Source: Chiloscyllium plagiosum
Lineage: Eukaryota
Reading direction: 5' to 3'
NCBI RefSeq assembly: GCF_004010195.1
Contig: NC_057718.1
Coordinates: 93,584,561-93,606,359 of the forward strand
DNA: 21,799 nt
A program made the translations under genes and the position numbers. Numbering within the stretch: the stretch's first letter is position 1; every line of letters begins with the position of its first letter. Positions 1 through 9,951 of the stretch are shown here, piece after piece. The notes below the pieces were generated by a model that was given only the letters and a program-made list of their open reading frames with translations, was not told where the DNA came from and made no database searches.

Positions 1-38
1 ATTGTTACAGTACAGAAACAGACAAATCATATCAACTT

Positions 39-84
39 TCTTTATTCACTGGGACGTGGGTACTGCTGGCTTGTCTAACATTTA
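39..84 (-). mobile_element. 3' tail fragment of L2/CR1-clade LINE or its partner SINE, split by a CR1 insertion (resumes at ~376-392)
   Basis: ttattcactgggacgtgggtactgctggcttgtctaacattta ... ttgcccatcccta matches the uninterrupted copy at 612-670 (ttcatttgtgggatgtgggtgttgctggttgggccagcatttattgcccattccta). Confidence 0.7.
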
Positions 85-370
85 AAACATACATAGAACA
101 TAGAACAGTACAGCACAGAACAGGCCCTTCAGCCCACGATGTTGTGCCGACCACTGATCCTCATGTATGCACCCTCAAATTTCTGTGACCATATATATGT
201 CGAGGAGTCTCTTAAATGTCCCCAATGACCCTGCCTCCACAACTGCTGCTGGCAACGCATTCCATGCTCTCACAACTCTCTGTGTAAAGAACCCGCCTCT
301 GACATCCCCTCTATTCTTTCCTCCAACCAGCTTAAAACTATGACCCCTCGTGTTAGTCATTATTAGTCAT
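85..370 (-). mobile_element. 5'-truncated CR1 LINE, 3' end (ORF2 C-terminus, 3'UTR, tail)
   Basis: Minus ORF 175-360 TRGHSFKL..RGDVRGGFFTQRVVRAWNALPAAVVEAGSLGTFKRLLD is the canonical CR1 ORF2 C-terminus; (CATAGAA)n tail at ~90-106. Confidence 0.92.
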
Positions 371-599
371 AACATAACATTGCCCATCCCTATTATCTAT
401 TTATTATTTAACTATTTATTCATTGTTTATTGGTTCATCCACCATTAGATGTAACTTTCTATTGGAAAGCATTTATTAAATATTCCAGACCATGCGAAGA
501 TTCAGACTGGAAAGCAATTTAAGATCATCAATCAGTCTTGCAATATAATGCATTTGTGTGTGCTTAGAAGCTATGTACAAAAATACATAGGACCCTATT

Positions 600-943
600 T
601 CATTTCTTTAAATTCATTTGTGGGATGTGGGTGTTGCTGGTTGGGCCAGCATTTATTGCCCATTCCTAGTTACCCCCTTGAGAAGGTGGTGATGAGCTGC
701 CTTCTTGAACTGCTGCAGTCCACCAACTGTGGGTTGACCCACAATGCCCCTAAGGAGTGAATTCCAGGATTTTGACCCACCGACAATGAAGGAATGGTTA
801 TATATTTCCAAGTCAGGATAGTGAATGGCTTGGAGGAGAACTTGAAGGTGATGGTGTTCCCATGTATCTGCTGCTTTTGTCTGTCTACATGGAAATGGTT
901 GTGGGTTTGGAAGTTGTTGTCTAAGGATCTTTGGTGAATTTCT
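600..943 (-). mobile_element. L2/CR1-clade LINE 3' end (degenerate ORF2 C-terminus plus 3'UTR)
   Basis: Reverse strand encodes SKSWNS...GLQQFKKAAHHHLLKG-like C-terminus. Its 3'UTR (ggaatgggcaataaatgctggcc...cccacatccc..aatgaa) is shared with the SINE tail at 9880-9940. Confidence 0.8.
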
Positions 944-950
944 ATGTAGG

Positions 951-1525
951 TATGACGATGGCCTTAGTTTAAAAAGGTTATTTTGACCTGTTCTTTTGAA
1001 GAGAGGTCCTAAAGACAGAGAGGCTGAAGAGTCTAGCTGAACAATGGAAAGGGTCTGGCCAGTTCTCCCAGTTCAAGTTTTTTCTAGTTTATTTTAACAC
1101 TAGCAGTCACAAGACGTGTGAGTCCCCAGGAGTTGCAAGCTTTGGTAAAGATTCCTTTGACTTTCTTCTGAGATCTCTCACTGGATGCTGCTCTCTCCTG
1201 CATGTGAGAGGCTGTGTTTGAATTTACCTTTTTGCTAAGAGTGTGTTAATGGGATATCACTGTCTTGGAACAGTTAGTTCATAATAGTTACTGTATTAGA
1301 TCAGTTAAGGTTTCCCATAGTTAAGCTATTCCAAATTCTGCTTTCCTTTCTTTGTGTTTCAATAGTAGTGTTTAAATAAATTCTGTTTTGCTTAAAGCTG
1401 AGTGATTTGACCAGCTGCATCACACCTGTAATATCCACTACATATCTACCTTTACAATAAGAAAGAAGTAGGGTCTAGGCTAGCTTCTTAAAATATTTTG
1501 AGGGGGTCTGGCCTGGTCCATAACA
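951..1525. mobile_element. Solo LTR (575 bp) of an LTR retrotransposon/ERV
   Basis: Flanked by direct repeat GTAGG (946-950 and 1526-1530). Termini TATGAC (probably mutated TG) ... CATAACA. AATAAA at 1375-1380. Non-coding. Confidence 0.75.
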
Positions 1526-1559
1526 GTAGGCAAAAGCAATGTGCAAGCATTGCACCTTT

Positions 1560-1830
1560 ATCAAAATAAAAATGGTGGCCATGCAGACAGCCAGTTTGTC
1601 AATCCCCACAACAACACCATGACCAATCAGAATCTACTTGCCTGCTTTGGGAATTAAGATTGACAGTTAATGGTTATGGCTGCATTTCCATGCGAATGAC
1701 CGCCCATCCAATGAGCACTGTCTTCTCCTTCTGTATAAAATGGCATCCCTTTGTTCAAATCTGTTTCTTACACCTTACTTCTGAAGAGCGCAAGATGAAA
1801 GGCTTGAACTTCTTGTCTTCAGTTAACAAT
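1560..1830 (+). mobile_element. Old Penelope-like pseudo-LTR with CCAAT/TATA-like motifs and a degenerate hammerhead
   Basis: CCAATCAG (~1623), CCAATGAG (~1708), TATAAAA (1734-1740), then CTGAAGAG-cgcaagat-GAAA-GGCTT (1781-1805). This layout resembles PLE pLTRs. Confidence 0.5.
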
Positions 1831-1837
1831 GGTTAAC

Positions 1838-2680
1838 GAGATCATTTGGCCCATCATGTCTGCCCTGGCTCTCTGATGAGCATGATTACTTAGTGCCATA
1901 CATTTGTCTTTTCCCTATATCCTTTCAGATTGTTTCAATTCAATTAATCATTCAGTGTCCTCTTAAATGTCCCAGCTGACTCTGCCACCATTTTACCTCC
2001 AGACAGGTCATTCCGGAATGGAACCTCTCACTGTGTGAAAAAAAATTCTCAAATCATATTTGCTACATGTGCAATTCACTTTGAATCTGTGCTGTCTCAT
2101 ACTCAATCCTATTATGAGCAAGGGCAAATTCTCCATATCTACGCTGTCCAGAACTTTCACCATTTTAAAAACCTTCTCTCAGATCTCCTGTTAACTTGCT
2201 TCTCTGCAAAGAGAATAATCCCAACCTTTTCAATCGATCCTCATCACTGAAGTTCCTCATCCTTGGAGCCATTCGTGAACGTATCTTTTGCACTCTTTCC
2301 AATTTGTTCAGTGTGGCTCTCAGAACCTCACATGAGCAAACTGTGGTCCAACATGTGTCTTGAACAAGTTCAGCTCTTGCCCTCCATAGCCCTATTAATA
2401 AAGCACATAATATTGTATGATTCACTAACTATCTTCAGTATTGCAAACTTCAGTGATCTATGCATGTAAATACATCCAGTCCCTGTGAATTTGCATCCCA
2501 TTAGGCATTGTACTCTTATTTTACATTGACTGTCCATATTCTCCCTCGCAAACTGCTTCATGTCAGATTTCTCTGCAGTGAATCTCATCTGTCACATTGT
2601 CTATGTCCTTTTGGAGTTCTACACTGTCTTCCTCACAATGTAACCAACTTTTGTGTTATCCATCACTTTGAAGTAGTCCA
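1838..2680 (-). mobile_element. Degenerate CR1 LINE 3' portion
   Basis: Minus ORF 2165-2425 KLERVQK..RMAPRMRNFSDEDRLKRLGLFSLQRSKLTGDLREGF; MRFTAEK motif at ~2588; CR1-type 3'UTR near 1840-1930. Confidence 0.85.
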
Positions 2681-2682
2681 CT

Positions 2683-3078
2683 GCTCTGGATTTAAGTCCA
2701 TCTTGGAGATCTGAGGATAGCAATCTAGACATAAACTCCAACACAGTTCTAACACTGCAGTGTTAGAGATGCTGTCCTTGAGATGAGACATTAAAGCTGG
2801 GGTTGCAGGTGGATTTTAAAGATCCCACAGCATGTTTCAAAGGACACAGTGGCATTATAGTCAGTACATTGGCCCAGTTTAATCACTCAATCAATATTAA
2901 TGTATTAGATTATCTGATAATTATCACGCTGATGTGCATGGAGCTTATTGTTTGTAAGTTGGCTCCTGTGTTTCATTTATTACGATGGTGACTCCACTTC
3001 TAAGTATTAATTGGTTGGAAATGTTTTTGTATGTCCTGACATCATGACAGGAGCTAAATAAATCCAAACTTTTATTTT
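2683..3078 (+). mobile_element. Deu-domain SINE (SacSINE1/AmnSINE1-like), diverged
   Basis: gatgagacattaaa...caggtggattttaaagatcccacagca...agattatctgataattatcac...gtgactccacttc...taaataaatccaa resembles the Deu domain and 3' tail as recalled. Confidence 0.75.
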
Positions 3079-3754
3079 CATTTTGAAATAATAGAGAAAG
3101 GAATCTAATGGGAAATACATTGTGTACGTTCTCAGCAATAAGGTATTTTACCAGATGGGGCAATGCTTCTGTAACCCCCTGTAACATTAGAAACTGAACA
3201 CAGATTTTGTGGTTTGAAGAATTTGACTGATGTGTATCACAACTAGCTCGTATATACAAAAGTTACATTAATCAGGCACATAGGTGCTTGGGCTAATATT
3301 AAGCTGTCACATTTCATCACAGGAAGTGATCTGAGGGAAGGTGGAGTATGTCACTGTTATGTTCTCAGATCACATGTTATCATACAGGGATGATATCATG
3401 AGCTAAATTATGCTAATAGTAGAAGGTACGTTGACCGTGAGACATAACACAAACGCACATTAAGATTCATAGAATAATCTTGTAAGCAGTAATTCCTCAC
3501 TGAGTAATTTGAATGAAATCCAGAAAACAAAATTAGTTTGTGGCCCTAAATGCTTGCATTTTACACATACTGAGTGTCTTGTGTTCAGAACTGTTTTGAT
3601 AATCTTGCTATCTTACAAGGTATGTCAATGTGCATGCAGGAGTTAATATTGAGGGATTAGCTTTGGCCCAGTCAGTGCCCTCTCACCTCTGAAGGCCTCA
3701 GGGTAAAGCTCTGTTCCAGAGCTCTGTGCACATGCTTAAAGCCTCTACTGGTGT

Positions 3755-4595
3755 AGGAGGAAGGCCAGAGGAGATTCACAAGAATGATCCCAGGGATGAA
3801 AGGCTTGACATATGAGGAGCAGTTGAGGACTTTGGGTCTGTACTCAGTGGAGTTTAGAAGGAAGAGGGGGAATCCGATTGAAACTTACAGAAAACTGAGA
3901 GGCCAGTATAGGGTGGACACGGAGAAGATGTTTCCACTAGTAGGACAGACAGGACACGAGGGCACAGCCTCAGAGTGAAGGGATGACTCTTTAGAACTGA
4001 CATAATAGAGGAATTTCTTTAGCCATAGCTTAGCGAATCCGTGGAACCCATCGCCATTGTGGGCGGCACGGTGGCACAGTGGTTAGCACTGCTGCCTCAC
4101 AGCGCCAGAGATCCGGGTTCAATTCCCACCTCCGGCGACTGACTGTGTGGAGTTTGCACGTTCTCCCCGTGTCTGCGTGGGTTTCCTCCGGGTGCTCCGG
4201 TCCGTGTCTGCGTGGGTTTCGTCCGGGTGCTCCGGTTTCCTCCCACAATCCAAAGATGTGCAGGTCAGGTGAATTGGCCATGCTAAATTGCCCGTAGTGT
4301 TAGGTAAGGGGTAAATGTAGGGGTATGGGTGGGTTGCGCTTCGGCGGGTCGGTGTGGACTTGTTGGGCCGAAGGGCCTGTTTCCACACTGTAAGTAATCT
4401 AATCTAATCTAATTAAGAAGACAATAGAGGCCAACTAATTGAGTGTATTTGAGATAAAAGTAGATAGGTTCTTGATTAGTTATGGGGAGAAATCAGGAGA
4501 ATAGTGTTGAGAAACATATCAGCCATGATCGAATGGTGAAGCAAACCCGATGGACCGGATGGGCTCATTCTGTTTCTATACCTTATGGTCTTATG
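3755..4595 (+). mobile_element. CR1 LINE 3' end, interrupted by an HE1 SINE at 4061-4413
   Basis: ORF 3784-3978 MIPGMKGLTYEEQLRTLGLYSVEFRRKRGNPIETYR; resumes at 4414 with the CR1 C-terminus and 3'UTR, ending cttatggtcttatg. Confidence 0.88.
4061..4413 (+). mobile_element. HE1 SINE (tRNA-derived V-SINE), young full-length copy with internal 35-bp duplication
   Basis: A box GTGGCACAGTGG, B box GGTTCAATTCC, V-domain ggagtttgcacgttctccccgtgtctgcgtgggtttcctccgggtgctccggtttcctcccaca, CR1-like tail and (CTAAT)n; CpGs largely intact. Confidence 0.95.
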
Positions 4596-4767
4596 ATGTG
4601 GAGGTGCCGGTGTTGCACTGGGGATGGACACAGTTAAAATGCACACTACACCAGGTTATAATCCAACAGGTTTATTTGAAAGTACAAGATTTCGGAACGC
4701 TCCTAAAGCTTGTACTTCCAAATAAACCTTTTGGACTATAACATGGTGTTGTGTGATTTTAAACTTA
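4596..4767. mobile_element. Foldback element, probably from inverted Penelope-like pLTRs
   Basis: Arms ~4632-4698 and ~4699-4765 are reverse complements with few mismatches (acaccaggttataatccaacaggtttatttgaaagtacaag / cttgtacttccaaataaaccttttggactataacatggtgt). Confidence 0.75.
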
Positions 4768-4807
4768 TTACCTTTTGGTAGCGGATATCTGAAAATAGAT
4801 TATCATT

Positions 4808-5260
4808 AGACACCCTCTGACTCATTAATGTCCCTCAGGGAAGGAAATGGATACCCTACAGTATGGAAACAGGCCCTTCGACCCAACAAATCCACACAGA
4901 CCTTCTGAAGAGCGACCCATCTTGACCCATTCCCCACCTTATATTTACCCCTGAGATTACACCTAAAACTATGGGCAGTTTACCATGGCCAATTCACCTG
5001 GCCTGCACATCTTTACACTGTGGGAGGAAACCCACATAGACACAGGGAGAATGTGCAAACTCCACACAGACAGTCGCCCAAGGCGGGAATCAAACCCATA
5101 TCCCTGGCGCTGTGAGGCAGCAGTGCTATCCACTGAGCCACCCTTTTGTTATCTTTACCTGGTCTGGCTGACATGTGACTCCAGACACATGGCAATGTGG
5201 TTGATTCTTAACTGCCCTCTAAACGGGGCATTTTAAGGGCAATTAGGGATACACAACAAC
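4808..5260 (+). mobile_element. tRNA-derived SINE with L2/CR1-type tail (same family as 8139-9951), split by HE1 at 4850-5142
   Basis: cattaatgtccctcagggaaggaaat | HE1 | atctttacctggtctggctgacatgtgactccagacacatggcaatgtggttgattcttaactgccctc...gggcaattagggat. Confidence 0.8.
4850..5142 (-). mobile_element. HE1 SINE
   Basis: Reverse complement of the 4061-4413 element (cagtgctatccactgagccac; tgtgcaaactccacacagacagtcgcc; ggaaacaggcccttcg), with an internal V-domain deletion. Confidence 0.92.
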
Positions 5261-5586
5261 TGAAAAAGTTAGAACATCACCAGAATGTGAAAGATGCAAG
5301 ACCTTCATCTCCTAAGGTAAAATCTAGTGTTTAAGTCAATGCTATTTACCATGTTTATCAATATCTTTCTCACTGAACAATTTTAACCATTGTTTCAGCA
5401 CTTTTTGTAGCACCGATGACCAACATATTCTCTGATCGCGAACAAATACATTTTTCATTGTCTATTATATGTGTAAACATTTTCGACAGAAGATCAATGG
5501 CAGAAAAAATTACTCCACAACTACTTTTAAATAATACTGTTGTAAAGCATCTTAATCAGGTGTTGAAATGTACATCTTGAGCAATG

Positions 5587-5874
5587 GGCTCAGTGGTTAG
5601 CACTGCAGCCTCACAGCACCAGGGTCCCAGGTTCGATTCCAGTCTCAGGTGACTGTCTGTGTGGAGCTTGCACATTCTCCCAGTGTCTGCATGGGTGTGC
5701 TCTGGTTTCCTCCCACAGTCCAAAGATGTGCAAGTCAGGTGAATTTGCTATGCTAAATTGCCCATAGTGCATTAGTCAGATGGGAAATGGGTCTGGGTGG
5801 GTTACTCTTCGGAGGGGCGGTGTGGACTGGTTGGGCCGAAAGGCCTATTTCCACACTGTAGGGAATCTAATCTA
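5587..5874 (+). mobile_element. HE1 SINE
   Basis: ggctcagtggttagcactgc, B box ggttcgattcc, V-domain, tail ttccacactgtagggaatctaatcta. Confidence 0.93.
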
Positions 5875-7094
5875 TTCATTAAAAGCTGACTATGCTTAAG
5901 CTAATTTGTATGTTAAAATCAAGACACGAGCATATAGTGCCAGTTATCGATAGCATTAATTGCATCAGACACTTTAGAATTGTCAGAGGTTTGAATTTAA
6001 GAATGATTGACATCCAAATAAATGATGAGACCCTTCCAATAAATGACGTGACCCCCAAAGTTAACTGCTACCCCAACAAAAATCTGCTTATTCTGTAGCT
6101 ATGGCTTTTGGAAATGTTCCTGGAAAGTTGAAGAGCCAAACATAATGTAAGCTTAGACAAATAGTTTAAAAATTATCATCAGGAATTTAAACCCGATGGA
6201 GAGCGTAGATACAATGTCACACCTCAGGACAGGGTTATCAAATGAAACTACATGAATATATTTATGGAGGCAGTGCTCAAACTTTATTGCCAATCAGTTC
6301 CTTATAAAAAGAATTATTGTTCATTTGTAATTTACTTTGATGATACAGAAATGATTAGGACTTCAGTTGTTCGCTGAAATGTCATCCCAATGTATTTATA
6401 TTCAGACTTTTGCATTGCTAATTGGATGTCTAAATACATTGTCAGGTGAATAAATACTCCAGCTGAATGCTGCAGCATCAGTGATTAATAACCACACTAC
6501 TTGTGTGGTCTCAAGGAATCATTTATTGCCATTGGCTTATTTGTCCGTCGGGAACATTTTAATTGTTCCCGCGAGAGTCTTGCACTGCAGTTGAGAAGGC
6601 AAACCTTCATCACTTCGATCTTGTTCCTCATCACTGACCCATTCTCTTTTCCTGCCATTACCATTTCCTTTTTCCCTTGCTTTCCCATTTCGTGTTGATT
6701 TTGTTCGGTCTCATTCACCATTTATCAAACTTTAGCTCCTTCTGTCTATCTGATCCAACCTCTTGTTTAATGCCAATTCAACTTTTCTCTTCAGTTGAGT
6801 TTATTTTAAAATCTACTTGCAAGCCTTTGTCCTATTATATGTCATCAGTGTTAAATTCTATTCGACTACACTCCTGTGCAATGCCTTAATTACAATTGTA
6901 ATGGGACATAATTCCAAGCTTTTCTTGATATTATTCTGGAAAGCCTCAGCTTTTCCTGTTAATATTGCTACCACACTTTTGTGGTAGCATGGAGCTGTTC
7001 TCATTTGTGTCTCTATCCTTGCTGTATTGATTTAACCTTTCTCATTTCTGCTCATTCTCTCTTGGCATGTGCTTATTTCTTTCTACCTGACTCA

Positions 7095-7803
7095 GTTGCT
7101 GTCTGTGAGACACAAGGTTGAAGGCTCCAACCTCATCCTATGACTCAAAAACTTATTATCTACCAGACTCTCTGATGCATATGTTTGAGATGCTGTTTAT
7201 CTAAGATGTCAAACCATTTCCCTATCCCTGTGATTCAGATGGATGGTAAAAGGTGCCATGACATAGCTCAAAAGAGCAAAGAGATTCCGTTATCCTGGAA
7301 ATCCACAGCAGCTCCTGACTTGTGATGGGAAGGTGGCAAGGTGGTTAACAATGCTGCCTTACAGTAGCACGGTCCCAGGTTTGATTCCACCCTCAGGTGA
7401 CTGAGTGGGATTTGCATGTTTTCTCTGTGTCTGCGTGGGCTTCCTCTGGGTGCTCTGGCTTCTTCCTGCCAAAGATATGCAGATTAAGTAGATTGGCCAT
7501 GCTAAATTGCTCCATCGTGCTCAGGAATGTGCATGTATGCAGCCATGGGAAATGTGTGGTTATAGGGTAGGAGGCTTGGTCTGGGTGAGATGCTCTTCGG
7601 AGGGTCAGCGTGACTCGATGGGCTGAATGGCCTGGCTTCCACATTGTAGAGATTCTATGATTCATTAATCATAGTCTAGATTGTGATAAAATGCAGTTTG
7701 CAAATGTCTGCTGTGTCGCTTTACTTAACTTCTTCTGTTCAAAACAGTTCATTTTACTATTTTGGGAAGTTGTGGAGTGAAAATATATAAATACAAGTTT
7801 TCG
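7095..7803 (+). mobile_element. Highly diverged Deu-domain SINE, split by the HE1-like SINE at 7327-7663
   Basis: gagatgctgtttatctaagatgtcaaacc...cagatggatggtaaaaggtgccatgaca...aagagcaaagag; after the insert gcaaatgtctgctgtgt...tatataaatacaagttt parallels 2760-3075. Confidence 0.55.
7327..7663 (+). mobile_element. HE1-family SINE, older copy
   Basis: ggtggcaaggtggttaac, ggtttgattcc, V-domain tttgcatgttttctctgtgtctgcgtggg, tail gattctatgattc. Confidence 0.88.
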
Positions 7804-7984
7804 CTTGTCATGCTCCCCAATTGGTTATCCTTTGGTTCCAATCTCCTACTCTGTTTTCCAAAATGTATTCCTTAGCGAAAGCTTTGATGTTCTCTTTATG
7901 TTAATCTCACTGAACATGGTTCTCATAATTTTTGTGTCAGGTTCTCTGCATCACCTCTAACTCTCATTTACTATTGGACTGCCT

Positions 7985-8072
7985 TAGCTAATGTGTTCAG
8001 GCACATTGTGACATGTGGGACTTCAACCTAAATGTTCTGGTCCAGATGTAGGGATATTGTCAATGTCCCACA
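7985..8072 (-). mobile_element. Degenerate tRNA-derived SINE head
   Basis: gtgggacttcaacc (reverse B-box-like ggttgaagtcccac) and gtagggatattgtcaatgtcccaca (reverse A-box-like). Confidence 0.4.
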
Positions 8073-8138
8073 TGAATTCTAATCCTTGACTTCTTTTGCC
8101 ATTCATTTTTTCTGTGCTTGTTTGTGACCTGGTTAATT

Positions 8139-8360
8139 GAGGCAATGGCCTAGTGGTATTATCACTGGACTATTATAGAGACCCAACCATTCTTGGAAGC
8201 TGGGTTCAAATCTCCACCATAGCAGATGGTGCAATTTGAATTCATTAAAAAATTTGGAATTAAGAGACGAATAATAACCATGAAGCCACTGTCAATTGTT
8301 TGGGGAAGAAAACCCATCTGGTTCACTAACATCCTTTAGGGAAGGGAACTGCCATCCTTA
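8139..8360 (+). mobile_element. tRNA-derived SINE, 5' part (3' part at 9807-9951)
   Basis: A box TGGCCTAGTGG, B box GGTTCAAATC, body ...aaacccatctggttcactaacatcctttagggaagggaactgccatcctta. Confidence 0.85.
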
Positions 8361-9806
8361 GAAAGTAGTGAAATAGATGGTGATACCTTGCAAAATGTCC
8401 ATATTACAGAGGAGGAAGTGCTGGATGTCTTGAAATGCATATAGGTGGATAAATCCCCCGAATCTGATCAGGTGTACCCTCGAACTCTGTGGGAAGCTAG
8501 AGAAGTGATTGCTGGGCTACTTGCTGAGATATTTGTATCATCGATAGTCACAGGTGAGGTGCCGGAAGACTGGAGGTAGGCAAACATGGTGCCACTCTTT
8601 AAGAAGGGTAGTAAGGACAAGTCAGGGAACTTTAGACCAGTGAGCCTGAAGTCAGTGGTAGGCAAGTTGTTGGAGGGAATTCTGAGGGACAGGATGTACA
8701 TGTATTTGGAAAGGCAACGACTGATTAGGGATAGTCAACATGGCTTTGTGCGTGGGAAATCATGTCTCACAAACTTGATTGAGTTTTTTGAAGAATTAAC
8801 AAAGAGGATTGATGAGGGCAGTGCAGTAGATGTGATCTAAATGGACCTCAGTAAGGCGTTTGACAAGGTTCCCCATTGGAGACTGGTTAGCAAGGTTAGA
8901 TCTCATGGAATACAGGGCGAACTAGCCATTTGGATACAGGACTGGCTCAAAGGTAGAAGACAGAGGGTGGTAGTGGAGGGTTGTTTTTCAGATTGGAGGC
9001 TTGTGACCAGTGGAGTGCCATAAGGATCGGTGCTGAGCCCTCTACTTTTTGTCATTTACATTAATGATTTGGATGCGAGCATAAGAGGTACAGTTAGTAA
9101 GATTGCAGATGATACCAAAATTGGAGGGGCAGTGGACAGCAAAGAGGGTTACCTCCGATTACAACAGGATCGTGACTTGATGGGCCAAAGAGCAGAGAAG
9201 TGGCAGATGGAGTTTAATTCAGATAAATGCGAGGTGTTGCATTTTGGGAAAGCAAATCTTAGCAGGTCTTATACACTTAATAGTAAGATCCTGGGGAATG
9301 TTGCTGAACAAAGAGACCTTGGAGTGCAGGTTTCTGAAAAGATTTACAAGGATGTTGCCAGGGTTGGAGGATTTGAGCTACAGAGAGAGGCTGAACAGGC
9401 TGGGGCTGTTTTCCTTGGAGCGTCGGAGGCTGAGGGGTGACCTTATAGAAGTTTACAAAATTATGAGGGACATGGATAAGGTAAATAGACAAAGTCTTTT
9501 CCCTGTGGTTGGGGAGTCCAGAACTAGAGGGCATAGGTTTAGGGTGAGAGGGGAAAGATTTAAAAGAGACATAAGGGGAAACTATTCACACAGAGGGTGG
9601 TATGTGTATGGAATGAGCTGCCAGAGGATGTGGTGGAGGCTGGTACAATTGCAACATCTAAAAGGCATTTGGATGGGTATATGAATAGGAAGGGTTTGGA
9701 GGGATATGGGCCGGGTGCTGGCAGGTGGGACTAGATTGGGTTGGGATATCTGGATGGCATGGACCAAAGGGTCCTTTTCCAAGCTGTACATCTCTGTGCC
9801 TCTATG
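8361..9806 (+). mobile_element. 5'-truncated CR1 (HER1-like) LINE with inactivated reverse-transcriptase domain
   Basis: RT motifs VPLFKKG..NFRPVSL, QHGF, DLSKAFDKVPH, SGVP*GSVLSPLLFVIYINDL, KIADDTK; in-frame stops at 8838-8840 and 9021-9023; internal deletion near 9332; C-terminus LGLFSLERRRLRGDLIEVYK..RTRGH; 3' tail similar to HE1. Confidence 0.96.
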
Positions 9807-9951
9807 ACCTGGTCTGGCTTACGTGTAACTCCAGACCCACAGTGATATGGTTGACTCTTAACTGCCCCCTGGGCAACTGTGGATGGGCAATAAATGTTGG
9901 TATAGCCAGTGATGCCCAAATATCATGTGAATGAATAAAAACAAAAGAAAA
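9807..9951 (+). mobile_element. 3' part of the SINE that begins at 8139
   Basis: acctggtctggcttacgtgtaactccagacccacag...ggatgggcaataaatgttggtatagccagtgatgccc...gaatgaataaaaa joins to ...gccatcctta at 8360 (compare the uninterrupted copy at 13100-13170). Confidence 0.88.

Noticed and set aside
1873..1890. CTGATGAG as an additional hammerhead (also at ~10296)
   Set aside because: No stem II followed by GAAA downstream; chance matches.
3655..3750. Possible Deu-SINE head
   Set aside because: Too diverged to support from inspection alone.
4061..4135. tRNA gene
   Set aside because: The A and B boxes belong to a tRNA-derived SINE head followed by a V-domain; it is not a standalone tRNA.
4030..4388. 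Overlapping ORFs such as MVSTAASQRQ.. and MANSPDLHIFG..
   Set aside because: Spurious translations of the HE1 SINE; similar peptides recur at the other HE1 copies.
8586..9684. RT-like ORFs as a functional gene or retron-like system
   Set aside because: Ordinary 5'-truncated CR1 ORF2 with stops, frameshifts and an internal deletion.
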